A stretch of DNA of 64,000 bases from an uncultured Acetatifactor sp. (GTDB taxonomy: Bacteria > Bacillota > Clostridia > Lachnospirales > Lachnospiraceae): NCBI GenBank assembly GCA_947631615.1, contig CANRLX010000008.1, forward strand, positions 1,384-65,383. Reading direction: 5' to 3'. Position 1 is the first letter of the stretch. Each line of letters starts with the position of its first letter. Under the pieces are notes generated by a model, which made no database searches, was not told where the DNA came from, and saw only the letters and a program-made list of their open reading frames with translations. Below are positions 47,700 through 58,452 of this stretch, in pieces. Both the position numbers and the translations under genes were made by a program.

Positions 47700-49049
47700 T
47701 TACAGTCTCTTTAAGAGCGCCTCCCGCTGCTCCTCATAGCCGGGCTTTCCAAGCAGAGCAAACATGTTCTTCTTGTAGCTCTCCACGCCGGGCTGATTGA
47801 ACGGATTTACGCCCAGCAGATATCCGCTGACACCGCAGGCAAACTCAAAGAAGTAGAACAGCTCGCCCAGATAAAACTCGTTCACCTCCGGAATGTTCAC
47901 TACGAAGTTGGGCACCTGTCCATCGGTGTGCGCAAGGATCGTGCCGTTCATGGCGCTCTTGTTCACGAAGTCTACGGTCTTGCCGGCCAGATAATTCAGA
48001 CCGTCCAGATCCACCGGCTCCTCCCCGATGAGGATCTCCTCCCTGGACTGCTCCACGTTGATCACCGTCTCAAACATGATCCTCGCGCCGTCCTGAATAA
48101 ACTGTCCCATGGAGTGCAGATCCGTGGTCAGATCCACGCTTGCGGGGAAAAGTCCCTTCTTGTCCTTGCCCTCGCTCTCACCGAAGAGCTGCTTCCACCA
48201 CTCGCTCACATAGTGCACTGCCGGCTCATAATTGGCCAGGATCTCCACAGACTTTCCCTTGCGCAGCAGGATGTTGCGGAGCGCCGCATACTGCAGAGCA
48301 TCGTTTTCCTCAAAATCGTTCTCCAGCGCGCGCTTGCGTCCGCTTGCCGCGCCCTCCATCAGCTTGTCGATATCCGCGCCGCTGACAGCGATCGGGAGCA
48401 GACCTACGGCTGTGAGAACGGAGAAACGTCCTCCCACGTCGTCGGGAACCACGAAGGTTGCATAGCCCTCCTCGTCCGCCAGGTTTTTCAGGCTTCCTCT
48501 GGCCTTGTCGGTGGTGGCATAAATTCTCTTTGCCGCGCCCTCCTTGCCGTACTTCTTCTCCAGCTTCTCCTTAAATACGCGGAAAGCGATGGCAGGCTCG
48601 GTGGTGGTGCCGGATTTGGAAATCATATTGATGGAGAAATCTCTGTCTCCTACCACATCCATCAGATGCTTCAAGTATGTAGAGCTGATCGAGTTGCCGC
48701 AGAAGTAGATCTCCGGACACTTGCGGACACTCTTGTCTAACACGTTGTAAAAGCTATGGCTCAAAAACTCGATTGCGGCCCTTGCCCCCAGATAGGAACC
48801 GCCGATACCGATCACCAGGAGGACATCGGAATCGCTCTGGATCTTCTTCGCAGCCTCTTTGATCCTGGCAAACTCCTCCTTGTCATAATCAACGGGCAGA
48901 TCGATCCAGCCTAAAAAGTCGTTACCCGCTCCGTTTCTGGACACCAGCACTTCCTTTGCGTCCAGCGTCAGCTTCTTCATGTAGCCGATCTCTTCGTCGG
49001 AAATGAAAGAACCCGCCTTGGAATAGTCAAATGTCACCTGTTTGCTCAT
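47700..49049 (-). CDS. pgi: glucose-6-phosphate isomerase
   Basis: [42 protein letters not shown]. Confidence 0.96.
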   Translation of the reverse strand: MSKQVTFDYSKAGSFISDEEIGYMKKLTLDAKEVLVSRNGAGNDFLGWIDLPVDYDKEEFARIKEAAKKIQSDSDVLLVIGIGGSYLGARAAIEFLSHSFYNVLDKSVRKCPEIYFCGNSISSTYLKHLMDVVGDRDFSINMISKSGTTTEPAIAFRVFKEKLEKKYGKEGAAKRIYATTDKARGSLKNLADEEGYATFVVPDDVGGRFSVLTAVGLLPIAVSGADIDKLMEGAASGRKRALENDFEENDALQYAALRNILLRKGKSVEILANYEPAVHYVSEWWKQLFGESEGKDKKGLFPASVDLTTDLHSMGQFIQDGARIMFETVINVEQSREEILIGEEPVDLDGLNYLAGKTVDFVNKSAMNGTILAHTDGQVPNFVVNIPEVNEFYLGELFYFFEFACGVSGYLLGVNPFNQPGVESYKKNMFALLGKPGYEEQREALLKRL

Positions 49050-49155
49050 AGTTTTCGCTCCTTTTCCCAATACCCGAATCAGGTAGTCATTCGGTGGCTT
49101 TACGCCTTGTCTACAGTGTAGCAAAGTTATGGGGCAAATTCAAGCAAAAATACGC

Positions 49156-49968
49156 TTACGTGGCCAGAAAATCTCTCAAAAGCTGCTCCAATTCCTTCTC
49201 CTGCGCGCTGGTGAAGACGACAGGCGCATTTTGCGAAAAATCCTCCCCCTCCGACAGCGCCTCCTCCCGCGCGGGCTCCTGCTTGTCCCTCTGTCGGTCC
49301 CGCGGATTCCTCTCCCCGACGATCTGCGCCTTTCCGGTGATCGGCATGAGCTCCACCGTGCGTCTGCCGCTCTTTCCCGCCGCGCCTCTTCTGCGGCTCC
49401 CGTTCGCCCCGTAGGTACCGTTTCCGTACAGCATCTCCATGTCCGCCTCCGTCACGCCCAGACGAAAGGAGAGATGGTTTTCCAGATAATCCACCAGATT
49501 GATCTTTAGGTTCCTGCGGCGGCCTTTGACATCCAGGAGCGTAGACAGGGAAAAGTACACGTACAGGCCCAGGAAACTGGCCACATAAAACGGCAGGATC
49601 TCCCCCAAAAGCCTTCCCTCCGCAATGCCCTTGCAGATGCCGAAGCCTGCGCTGACCACGGACAAAAGCATCAGCTGTCCGGACAAGTGATACAGGCTCT
49701 CAAAGGACAGCGGCCCGACGGAGAGCCTGCTCAAAAACTTGTCCACAAAAACGGGGATGTTGGCCACGCCGTCGTTTAGCTGGTAACAGTTGGCAAATTT
49801 TAATTTGCATTTTTTTAGCATTTTATTGCTGGTGGTAGCCATATTTTCCGTCTCACGTATCATATTCTGATAGAGGATAGCCAAAATCATCTTTGTCAGA
49901 ACGCTGATTCCGAAAAAGGCCAGCATACAGACGGTGATCCCTTTTTCTTCCTGAAAAACACGAAACAT
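49156..49968 (-). CDS. hypothetical membrane protein
   Basis: Start MFRVFQ with RBS AGGAGG; about 3 TM segments. Confidence 0.7.
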   Translation of the reverse strand: MFRVFQEEKGITVCMLAFFGISVLTKMILAILYQNMIRETENMATTSNKMLKKCKLKFANCYQLNDGVANIPVFVDKFLSRLSVGPLSFESLYHLSGQLMLLSVVSAGFGICKGIAEGRLLGEILPFYVASFLGLYVYFSLSTLLDVKGRRRNLKINLVDYLENHLSFRLGVTEADMEMLYGNGTYGANGSRRRGAAGKSGRRTVELMPITGKAQIVGERNPRDRQRDKQEPAREEALSEGEDFSQNAPVVFTSAQEKELEQLLRDFLAT

Positions 49969-50194
49969 CGCAAACCTCCTCTTTTCATGATGGTTTTCCT
50001 GTTGAGCCCAGTATAGCGCATTTATTACCGGTTTTGTACGGTTTTTCATCGCGCTTTCTCCGTTCTTTGGACACGGCTCCCCAGATATCGACGGCGCTTG
50101 TTTTTTCATTGCACATTTTTACCAACTCTGCTATAATAATTTTTTATAAAAAGATGGATTTGCGACTATATTTTTTAAGATGGGAGGATACTGT

Positions 50195-50434
50195 ATGATA
50201 TACAAGACACAGGGAACCTGTTCCACAGAAATCGACGTGACGCTGAAGGACGGTGTGATCGATTCCGTAAAATTCCTGGGCGGCTGCAACGGCAACCTTC
50301 AGGGGATCAGCGCGCTGGTGAAGGGAATGACTCCGGAGGAGGCAATCGGCAGGCTCAAGGGCATCCGCTGCGGATTCAAATCCACCTCCTGTCCGGATCA
50401 ACTGGCACAGGCATTGGAAAGTATGATAGGATGA
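50195..50434 (+). CDS. TIGR03905-type TSCPD domain protein
   Basis: YKTQGTCS, GGCNGNLQG, TSCPDQL. Confidence 0.88.
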   Translation: MIYKTQGTCSTEIDVTLKDGVIDSVKFLGGCNGNLQGISALVKGMTPEEAIGRLKGIRCGFKSTSCPDQLAQALESMIG

Positions 50435-50448
50435 GCGAGGGATATTCC

Positions 50449-51516
50449 ATGAAAAAAATTGTGATGACCGGCGGCGGCTCCGCGGGCCACGTGACGCCAA
50501 ACATTGCCCTCTTCCCCTCTCTGCGGGAGGCGGGCTACGAGATCACCTATATGGGATCCTACGACGGTATCGAAAAAAGGCTGATCGCCGATTTCGATAT
50601 TCCCTATATCGGCATCGCCACCGGTAAATTTCGCCGTTATCTCGACCCCAAGAACCTGACCGACCCCTTTCGGGTCCTCAAGGGTTTTATGGAGGCCAGG
50701 AAGTATCTGAAGGAATACCGGCCGAACGTGGTGTTCTCCAAAGGGGGCTTCGTCAGCGTACCCGTGGTGCGGGCGGCCGCCAGCCTGGACATTCCCTGTA
50801 TTATCCACGAATCCGATATGACGCCGGGACTGGCAAATAAGCTGTGTATTCCCGTGGCGGAAAAGGTCTGCTGTAACTTTCCCGAGACCATGCGCTCCAT
50901 TCCCAACGGCAAGGCGGTGCTGACCGGCTCCCCGATCCGCTCGGAGCTGACACAGGGCAACCGTCTGGCCGGTCTTGATATGTGCGGCTTCAGCGCCAAC
51001 AAGCCTGTGATCATGGTGATCGGCGGCAGCCTGGGCGCGGCCAATGTGAATAAGGCGGTGCGGGAGGCGCTCCCCAAGCTCCTTCCCGACTTCCAGGTCG
51101 TACATCTCTGCGGCAAGGATAAGCTGGATAACCTGTATTTGAACACGGAGGGCTACAAGCAGTTTGAATACATAAAGGCGGAATTAAAGGATCTCTTCGC
51201 TATGGCGGACGTGGTCGTCTCCCGCGCCGGAGCAAACGCGATCTGTGAGCTGCTCGCCCTAAAGAAGCCCAACATCCTGATCCCGCTTCCGGCCGCAAGC
51301 AGCAGGGGGGACCAGCTTCTCAACGCCCAGTCCTTTGAGGCCCAGGGATATTCCATCGTGATCAACGAGGACGATCTGACCACGCACCTTCTGGTTGACA
51401 AGATCCATGAGCTGTACTTTAACCGACAGCATTATCGCGACGCTATGAGCCGCAGCAGCCAGATGGACGCGATCCCGTCCATTATGAAGCTGATCAACGA
51501 CTACTCTTCGTTGTAA
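50449..51516 (+). CDS. murG: undecaprenyl-PP-MurNAc-pentapeptide GlcNAc transferase
   Basis: TGGGSAGHV, KGGFVS, HESD, GGSLGA, SRAGA, RGDQLLNA. Confidence 0.93.
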   Translation: MKKIVMTGGGSAGHVTPNIALFPSLREAGYEITYMGSYDGIEKRLIADFDIPYIGIATGKFRRYLDPKNLTDPFRVLKGFMEARKYLKEYRPNVVFSKGGFVSVPVVRAAASLDIPCIIHESDMTPGLANKLCIPVAEKVCCNFPETMRSIPNGKAVLTGSPIRSELTQGNRLAGLDMCGFSANKPVIMVIGGSLGAANVNKAVREALPKLLPDFQVVHLCGKDKLDNLYLNTEGYKQFEYIKAELKDLFAMADVVVSRAGANAICELLALKKPNILIPLPAASSRGDQLLNAQSFEAQGYSIVINEDDLTTHLLVDKIHELYFNRQHYRDAMSRSSQMDAIPSIMKLINDYSSL

Positions 51517-52055
51517 ACGGCTCTGCCCCCGCCGATATATTTTGCTCTGGTGCGGGCGCACACCACATGGGCGTCTCCGATCCGATCGGCGCGGATGCGC
51601 ACGGGAACCGCTACGTCCCTCAGGTGCATACCGATCAGGGTGTCTCCCACATCCATGCCGGCGTGGGCTCGGATATGCTCCACCGCCACCGGCGCCTCGA
51701 AGGCCTTGTACGCGGCGGTGGCAAAGGATCCCCCCGCCTTGGGCTGGGGAACCACATTCACAGGCTCATATCCGTATTTCTCCGCCGCTTCCTCCTCCAG
51801 GATCAGGGCCCGATTCAAATGCTCGCAGCACTGGGCGGCCAGATACACGCCCGCCTCCTGAGTGGCCTGATAAATACCGCCGAAGACTGCCTCCGCCAGC
51901 TCCGGACTGGAGAAGCTGCCGATGCCGGCGCCCGCCACTTCACTGGTGGAACAGCCCACCACAAAGAGCTGCCCCTCCTTTAGTCCGGCTGCCTGCAGGA
52001 TCTCCCTGGCCGCCTGGTATGCTTCCTCTCCGATCAAAGTCATATCTTCCGTCAT
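51501..52055 (-). CDS. TIGR01440/DUF436 (YwlG-like) protein
   Basis: VGCSTSEV, QCCEHLNRAL, AGG, DTLIGMHL. Confidence 0.88.
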   Translation of the reverse strand: MTEDMTLIGEEAYQAAREILQAAGLKEGQLFVVGCSTSEVAGAGIGSFSSPELAEAVFGGIYQATQEAGVYLAAQCCEHLNRALILEEEAAEKYGYEPVNVVPQPKAGGSFATAAYKAFEAPVAVEHIRAHAGMDVGDTLIGMHLRDVAVPVRIRADRIGDAHVVCARTRAKYIGGGRAVYNEE

Positions 52056-52065
52056 ACGATTCTTC

Positions 52066-53226
52066 TCACCTTTCCCAGATTATTAGGTACAATACGGCCA
52101 TTGCCGCCAAAAAACAAAGGTTTGCCACGGTGAAATAGCCAAGATAGGCGCCCTTTCGCTCCGGCCGCTCCCGCGCCACATACTTGTAGGAGATCAGGCT
52201 TGCCATAGAAGCGATCAGGGTCCCCAGGCCGCCCAGGTTGGTCCCCACGATCAGTCCGGCGTAATTTTCCGTGAAACCGGACAAAAGAAGCGCCGCCGGC
52301 ACGTTGCTGATCACCTGGCTCGCCACGATCGCCGTGACCGTCTCGTTTCCGGCGACAACGCTCTGCAGAAAATCATAAAATACGGGAAGCCGGCCCATAT
52401 TTCCAATAAAGACAAAAAACCCCACGAACGTAAAAAGCAAGGAATAGTCTATCCGAAGCAGCACCTTTTTATCCAGAAGAAACACCACCGCCAAAACCAC
52501 CGCCAGCGTCGCCGCATAGGGAATCAGGCGGGCCACCGTGAGCAGACACAGCGCAAAGAGTACCAGATAGACCGAAAGCCTGCCCCCCTGCCCGGCCAGG
52601 CTTGTCCGGCTTTCAAAAGCCACCGACAGTCCATCCCCTGCGCCTTTTCTGCGGCCTCCCAGAACCGCGCACCACGCCGCCAGCAGAACCAGCGCCAACA
52701 CCGTATAGGGAAGCGTCAGGGCAAGGAAATCGGCGATGGATATGCCGGACCGCCCGTAGAGGTACAGGTTTTGGGGATTGCCCACCGGCGTCAGCATACT
52801 GCCCAGGTTGGCGGCAATCGTCTGCAGGACCACCACGGGGATCATCCATCGGTCCGCCCGTTCCGGCTCCATCAGCTTCAACACGGTAAAGGTAAAGGGC
52901 ACAAAGGTGATAAGCGCCACATCGTTGGTGATCAGCATACTGAAAAAGAAGCACAGCCCCACCAGTATGAGCACAAGCTGCCCCTCCGTCCTGACTTTGA
53001 GAAGAAGCCTCTCCGCGATAAACCGAAAGACGCCCAGACCCTGAAGTCCCGCCATAACACCCATCAGGCAAAATAAGACCGCCAATGTCCGAAAATCAAT
53101 ATACCCCAGGTACGCCTCATCCGGAGGCACCAAAAACGCGGAGACCGCTGCCAGCAAAAGCGCAATACACAGCACCGTCTCCGTCTTTACAAAGGTGATC
53201 GCTCGGTTGAACAGAACTTTTTTCAT
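52066..53226 (-). CDS. ArsB/NhaD/CitMHS (SLC13-like) anion permease
   Basis: ITNDVAL, AANLGSMLTPVGNPQNL, ISNVPA, GGLGTLIASMA. Confidence 0.85.
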   Translation of the reverse strand: MKKVLFNRAITFVKTETVLCIALLLAAVSAFLVPPDEAYLGYIDFRTLAVLFCLMGVMAGLQGLGVFRFIAERLLLKVRTEGQLVLILVGLCFFFSMLITNDVALITFVPFTFTVLKLMEPERADRWMIPVVVLQTIAANLGSMLTPVGNPQNLYLYGRSGISIADFLALTLPYTVLALVLLAAWCAVLGGRRKGAGDGLSVAFESRTSLAGQGGRLSVYLVLFALCLLTVARLIPYAATLAVVLAVVFLLDKKVLLRIDYSLLFTFVGFFVFIGNMGRLPVFYDFLQSVVAGNETVTAIVASQVISNVPAALLLSGFTENYAGLIVGTNLGGLGTLIASMASLISYKYVARERPERKGAYLGYFTVANLCFLAAMAVLYLIIWER

Positions 53227-53343
53227 GGGCCAGCCCCTATCCTCTTTCGTATTTCTTTGTCTATCATATCACTCCTGCCGCAAAAAAGGAATATAGTAAA
53301 TGGAAAGACATCGTAACCGTCCGAAATAGGAGAAATTCCTCTC

Positions 53344-53946
53344 ATGCAGTTGTTTTCCTCTCTGCTCTTTGGGGTATCGGCCAGCCTGGATGCCCTCCTG
53401 ATGGGAATCACCTACGGGATCCGGCGGGTCCATATCGGAATCCTGCCCAATCTGCTGACCAGCTTTATTACGCTGACAGGCACCTGCCTCTCCGTGGGCT
53501 GCGGCTCGCTGCTTGGCCCTCTGCTTCCCGCTTCCCTGGGAACCTGGATCGGCAGCGCCGTTTTGATCCTCTACGGTCTATACTATCTAAAGAAATCTAT
53601 GAGCCGCCTCCGAAAAAAATACCTTTTAAGCACAAAATCGGAAAATGTCCCCGACTTTTCCTGTGAGCTCACAAAGACGGAGCATCCGGAGACGCTCTCC
53701 TACAGAAGCGCGCTGGCGCTGGGAATCGCCCTGTCCGCCAACAATATGGGCATCGGCCTGTCCGCCAGCGTCGCGGGGCTCACCCTGGCTCCCGCCGCCG
53801 TTATGACGATCCTCTTTTCTGTGGCCTTTCTGTACCTGGGAAATCATCTGGGCAGGAGCTGTCTGTCCCAAAGGATCGGTGTCGCTGCCGACGGGGTCTC
53901 CGGTATGCTCCTCATTCTGCTGGGCCTCTGGGAGCTTTGGTTTTGA
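53344..53946 (+). CDS. YtaF/MntP family membrane protein
   Basis: SASLDAL..GITYG and LGIALSANN. Confidence 0.8.
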   Translation: MQLFSSLLFGVSASLDALLMGITYGIRRVHIGILPNLLTSFITLTGTCLSVGCGSLLGPLLPASLGTWIGSAVLILYGLYYLKKSMSRLRKKYLLSTKSENVPDFSCELTKTEHPETLSYRSALALGIALSANNMGIGLSASVAGLTLAPAAVMTILFSVAFLYLGNHLGRSCLSQRIGVAADGVSGMLLILLGLWELWF

Positions 53947-54025
53947 CATTTGGCACGCCCGCCCTGGGAATAGCTTTCGCGGGATCCGCACATACTATGT
54001 GCAAAAAACAACCGACGGAGGCACC

Positions 54026-55489
54026 ATGGAACACACACCACCCCTGTCCGCCGCTCTGGCGGAAAACATCGACACTCTGCACCGGCTCCTTCCCCTGGAA
54101 AAAAGCTTCGATCTGGTGTCCAGAAATTTGTATCTGGGAGAGACCAAAGCCTACTGGCTGGGCATCAACGGCTTCTGTAAAACGGAAATTTTACAGCAGA
54201 TCTTTTCGGATCTGCAAAGCCCTCTCTACACTGCGGATGCCCGTGTGGAGGATATCCGCCGCTATATGGACGCAAAGATCGGGTACGCCCAGACCTCCCT
54301 CACCGACTCCTGGGACGACATTCTGCAGAATGTACTGAGCGGGCCCTCCGTTCTTCTGATCGACGGCTTCCCGCAGGCGATCCTCATCGACGTGCGCACC
54401 TACCCCGCCAGAGGGGTGGCGGAGCCCGACGCGGAGCGCATCACCAGAGGCGCCCGGGACGGCTTTGTGGAGACCATGCTGTTTAACGCCAACCTGATCC
54501 GCAGGCGGGTGCGCTCCCCCCAGCTCACCTTTGCCGTCCACAGCGTGGGCACGGCGAGCAGAACGGATGTGGCCGTGGCCTATCTGGCGGACAGTGTCAA
54601 CGAAGAGCTGCTGCAAACCCTGTCCGATACGCTGGACCGTCTGCAGGTCACTTCCCTCACTATGGGGGCCAAAAGCCTGGAGGAACTCCTGGTGCGCAAA
54701 AAATGGTGGACGCCCCTTCCCAGCATCCAGATGACGGAACGCCCCGACGTGGCGTGCAGCTACCTGCTGGAGGGGCACATTCTGGTGATCGTGGACAACT
54801 CTCCGGCCGTGCTGATCCTGCCAAGCACGATCTTTCAGTTTACCCAGAGTCCGGAGGACTATTACAAAAGCCCCCTGACCGGAGGCTACTTTCGCCTGGT
54901 GCGCTTTTTCTGCATACCGGTGAGCCTTCTTCTCATGCCGGCCTTTCTGCTGATCACGGCCTATTATCCACAGGCGGCGGAGAGATGGCAGCTTCTGTCC
55001 ACAGAAGGTCTGACACCTCTGCGGCTCATTTTTTATGTGTTTGCGGTGGAATTTATTTTGGACTTGTTTAAGTATTCCGCCTCCGTCACCTCCAGCCGAT
55101 TCTCCGGATCCCTGTCCATTGTAGGCGGGCTGATTATAGGTGACATTGCTGTCAGTTTGAACTGGGCTTCCACGGAAGTGCTCTTCTACGCCGCCGTGAC
55201 GCTTTTGGCCTCCCTCTCGCTGTCCAGCATAGAATTTTCAGACGCGCTGCGCATTTACCGCATTTTTTTGATCGCCGCCACAGCATTTTTCGGCGCGTCC
55301 GGATTTCTGGTCAGCCTATGCCTGACGCTTCTCTCCGTCATCGCCACTCCCACCTTCGGCGGCATGAGTTATTTCTGGCCGCTGTTTCCCTTCAACGGGA
55401 AAGCGCTGCGCACTCTGCTCTTCCGCTATCCCACCTCCAAGGCGCAGCCCAGCCACGTGTGGAACCGCGGCAGGGTGCACAGAACATGA
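54026..55489 (+). CDS. GerA-family / SpoVAF-like spore germination protein
   Basis: RGARDGFVET, NLIRRR, TERPD, VDNSP, SIVGGLIIGDIAV; no B/C subunit genes adjacent. Confidence 0.82.
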   Translation: MEHTPPLSAALAENIDTLHRLLPLEKSFDLVSRNLYLGETKAYWLGINGFCKTEILQQIFSDLQSPLYTADARVEDIRRYMDAKIGYAQTSLTDSWDDILQNVLSGPSVLLIDGFPQAILIDVRTYPARGVAEPDAERITRGARDGFVETMLFNANLIRRRVRSPQLTFAVHSVGTASRTDVAVAYLADSVNEELLQTLSDTLDRLQVTSLTMGAKSLEELLVRKKWWTPLPSIQMTERPDVACSYLLEGHILVIVDNSPAVLILPSTIFQFTQSPEDYYKSPLTGGYFRLVRFFCIPVSLLLMPAFLLITAYYPQAAERWQLLSTEGLTPLRLIFYVFAVEFILDLFKYSASVTSSRFSGSLSIVGGLIIGDIAVSLNWASTEVLFYAAVTLLASLSLSSIEFSDALRIYRIFLIAATAFFGASGFLVSLCLTLLSVIATPTFGGMSYFWPLFPFNGKALRTLLFRYPTSKAQPSHVWNRGRVHRT

Positions 55490-55556
55490 GGCAAACGATT
55501 CCCTTTGAATCCAAGAAAAGGAAGCGTGAACATCAGGAATAAAAAGAAATAAAAAA

Positions 55557-55629
55557 AGCGATAGACGGGACTCGAACCCGCGATTTCCACCTTGGCAAGG
55601 TGGCGCTCTACCAACTGAGCCACTATCGC
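55557..55629 (-). tRNA. tRNA-Gly(GCC)
   Basis: GCGATAG acceptor, anticodon arm CCACC-TTGCCAA-GGTGG and GGTTCGAGTCC. Confidence 0.96.
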
Positions 55630-55644
55630 ATAAGAAAAACTATA

Positions 55645-55685
55645 AAAATAACCATTGCCGCATTTATCACAGCAATGGTTATTTT
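55645..55685 (-). terminator. hairpin terminator of the SDR gene, overlapping the tRNA-Gly promoter (TTGACT-17-TAAAAT, 55709-55681)
   Basis: AAAATAACCATTGC...GCAATGGTTATTTT 14-bp stem. Confidence 0.6.
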
Positions 55686-55728
55686 ACCCTGTCACGGGAA
55701 AAAAGTCAAGTAGTATCGCTCAAAAATT

Positions 55729-56571
55729 TTATACGCCCAGGTAGCAGTGGAAACCGCCGTCCACCGGAAGGATCACGCCGGTCACAAAGCTGCTTCCCTT
55801 AGGGCTTACCAAAAACAGCAGAGCGCCGATCAAATCCTCGGGATCGCCGTACTTGCCCATGGGAGTGCTGTCGATGATCTTCTTGCTCCTGGGGGTCGGC
55901 GTGCCGTCCGGATTAAAGTGCAGCGCATGGTTCTGTGTGGTCTGGAAGAAACCGGGCGCCAGCGCGTTGACACGGATGCCGCTCTTGGCAAAATAGTTGG
56001 CCGCCCACTCGGTAAAGTTGGAGATCGCCGCCTTGGCGCTGGAGTAGCCGGGGATTCTGGTCAGAGGGCCATACGCGCCCATGCTGGATATATTGATGAT
56101 GTTGGCATTCTCCTGTCCCACCATGCTCGCGCCAAAGATCTGCGTGGGGAGCATCGTTCCGTACAGGTTCAGATCCAGCTCCGAGCGGACATTCTCCATA
56201 TCCGTCGTAAAGAAATTCAGCATATCCCCCTCGATATCGGAAAACTGATCCTGAGGGATCTGCGCGCTTTTCACCGCGCCTCCGGCACAGTTCACCAGAA
56301 TATTGATCTTGCCCCATTTGTCCAGGATCTCCTGCTTTGCCTTCTCCAGGCTCTCCTTGCTCATAACGTCGGCGGAAACCGTGATCGCCTCGCCGCCCGC
56401 AGCCTCAATGTCCGCCTTCACCGGTTCGCCGTTCTCAGCCTTTCTTCCCAGAACCGCAACCTTGGCGCCGCACAGCGCCAGCGCTCTGCAGAACATTCCG
56501 CCGATGATCCCGCTGCCTCCGGTAACAACCGCTACCTCTCCAGATAAATCGATTTGAAATGGTAATTCCAT
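55729..56571 (-). CDS. SDR oxidoreductase, D-mannonate oxidoreductase-like
   Basis: TGGSGIIG, NISSM, YSSAK, PVDGG. Confidence 0.85.
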   Translation of the reverse strand: MELPFQIDLSGEVAVVTGGSGIIGGMFCRALALCGAKVAVLGRKAENGEPVKADIEAAGGEAITVSADVMSKESLEKAKQEILDKWGKINILVNCAGGAVKSAQIPQDQFSDIEGDMLNFFTTDMENVRSELDLNLYGTMLPTQIFGASMVGQENANIINISSMGAYGPLTRIPGYSSAKAAISNFTEWAANYFAKSGIRVNALAPGFFQTTQNHALHFNPDGTPTPRSKKIIDSTPMGKYGDPEDLIGALLFLVSPKGSSFVTGVILPVDGGFHCYLGV

Positions 56572-56689
56572 GATGCTCTCCTTTCTTCGCCTAATGTCAG
56601 CGAATTGATTTCTCTGTGTACAAGTTTATCACAAAACCCAAAAATTGTCAGTAAAAATATGCGGTAAATCCGTGGCGAAATCGGGAGGC

Positions 56690-57793
56690 TCAGTCGCTGT
56701 AGTCGGAATCCAGCACAATGTCAAAGCGCACGGACGGGTATTTCTCCCGAAGCCTGCCAAGCACCTCCTCCTTCACCCTCTGCGCATCCGCGCGGAAATC
56801 CACAATCAGGTCAAAGGTGATATTCCGGCTCTCGGAGTCTCCGTAAAAACCGTGCATCTGCAATATTTCCTCCTGTTCTCCCACCAGCCGCTCCAGGTAC
56901 CGCCTTACCTCCATCAGTTTCTCGTCGGAGGTGTTGGACGCGTAGATCCCCACCGTCAGCACGATCCCAAATTCCAGGTACACCTCCGTGGTGATCTGCC
57001 TGGTGAGCCGGTGGATCTCCCTGGCCGTCAGGCTATCGTCCACCTCGATGTGCACGGAACCGATGATCTCGGTCGGCCCGTAGTTGTGCAGCGTCAGGTC
57101 GTAGGCGCCTCTGACCTCCGGATAGGCGTTGATCTTCTCCTTCAACTTCTCCGAGAGCTCGCTGTCCGCCCGCTCTCCGATAATGCTGTTCAAAGTCTCC
57201 AACAGCATCTCCACACCCGCCTTGAGAATGATCAGGGAGATCGCCAGACCCAATATCCCCTCCAGACTCACCTGCCACAGGATGCTGGCAACGGCAGCCG
57301 CCAGCGTGGCCAGAGACAGGATGGAGTCAAAGAAAGCGTCCGATCCGGCGGCCACCAGCGACTGTGCGTGGATCTCTTCCCCCACGGCCTTCACATAGCG
57401 CCCGCACAAAAACTTCACCGCCACAGCCACCGCAAGGATGACCAGAGACACCGCCGTATAGGATGCCGGCTGCGGATGCAGCACCTTGTCCAAGGATTCC
57501 CGTATGGAGGTCAATCCCGCCATCAGTACGATCACCGCGATCAGCACAGAGGTCAGATATTCGATCCGCCCGTAGCCGTAGGGGTGCTTTTTGTCCGGCG
57601 CTTTCCCCGCAAGCTTCGCCCCGATAATGGTGATGATGGACGACAGGGCATCTCCCAGGTTGTTCACCGCGTCCAGCACAATGGCGATGGAATCCGCCAT
57701 CAGGCCGACAATCAGCTTAAAGACCACCAGCACCAGATTGACCACGATCCCAATAACGCTGGTCCGTATAATTTTTTGGTTTCTGTTGTTCAT
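56690..57793 (-). CDS. cation diffusion facilitator transporter
   Basis: DAVNNLGD, HPYGYGRIEY; duplicated C-terminal ZT-like domains. Confidence 0.9.
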   Translation of the reverse strand: MNNRNQKIIRTSVIGIVVNLVLVVFKLIVGLMADSIAIVLDAVNNLGDALSSIITIIGAKLAGKAPDKKHPYGYGRIEYLTSVLIAVIVLMAGLTSIRESLDKVLHPQPASYTAVSLVILAVAVAVKFLCGRYVKAVGEEIHAQSLVAAGSDAFFDSILSLATLAAAVASILWQVSLEGILGLAISLIILKAGVEMLLETLNSIIGERADSELSEKLKEKINAYPEVRGAYDLTLHNYGPTEIIGSVHIEVDDSLTAREIHRLTRQITTEVYLEFGIVLTVGIYASNTSDEKLMEVRRYLERLVGEQEEILQMHGFYGDSESRNITFDLIVDFRADAQRVKEEVLGRLREKYPSVRFDIVLDSDYSD

Positions 57794-57812
57794 AGTTATC
57801 TCCCGACGCGCC

Positions 57813-57937
57813 TTCTTGGAGGTTCCTTTTTCGGGCTCTCCCTTGAGGTTTCCTTTTATGGTTCCTTTATGATTCCTTGTTATGGTTCCTTCTTAGAGAT
57901 TTTCTCTTGGAGATCTTCTCTTGGAGATCCTCTCTTA
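57813..57937. repeat. degenerate short tandem repeats in the CDF 5' region
   Basis: TTATGGTTCCT-like and TCTCTTGGAGA-like units; AAGGA-rich on the coding strand. Confidence 0.6.
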
Positions 57938-58086
57938 TAGCCCTCCCTGTGGTTTTCAGGGCCGTTTTGTCCATTGTATCACGCTTTCCCCCGTCTGTCC
58001 CTCAAAAAATGTTGTTTCTTTTGGAATTTCGTCGTATGATAGAAGGGTAACAGAAGGATTTTACGGACATACAGGAGGATAACTAT

Positions 58087-58356
58087 ATGGCGGTTGGCAA
58101 AGGAAGCGGCGGCCCCGGCCGCAAGTCCGGAGGCTCCGGAAAAAGAATCGGCGGCCCCAGACCTCCCAGAGGAATGAGAGGCGGTCCCGGTATGCCTCCT
58201 CCCCCGCCCAGACCCAGGCCCCCCAGACATTATTACGGGCCGCGCAGGCACTCCTACTCAGAGGGCGGCTATCCCCGCAGAAGCTGTCTGAGTTATTTGC
58301 TTGCCATCGCTATCATCATTGCCGTATTGGCGATGGCGTTTTATTTTCTGCGGTAA
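58087..58356 (+). CDS. small Gly/Pro/Arg-rich protein with a C-terminal TM anchor
   Basis: RBS AGGAGG; 89 aa. Confidence 0.7.
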   Translation: MAVGKGSGGPGRKSGGSGKRIGGPRPPRGMRGGPGMPPPPPRPRPPRHYYGPRRHSYSEGGYPRRSCLSYLLAIAIIIAVLAMAFYFLR

Positions 58357-58452
58357 CCCAAAACGGATGTCCCAAAGTGCGGAATGGCATTGCGCCGCAT
58401 GGTAGATCCCTTGGGGACAGACGGTGTGGGACAATGGGCGGTTTTTCACGGA

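Noticed and set aside
58368-58435. TGTCCCA/TGGGACA inverted motifs as a REP/MITE
   Set aside because: There is a single occurrence between convergent genes, adequately explained as a terminator-like hairpin.
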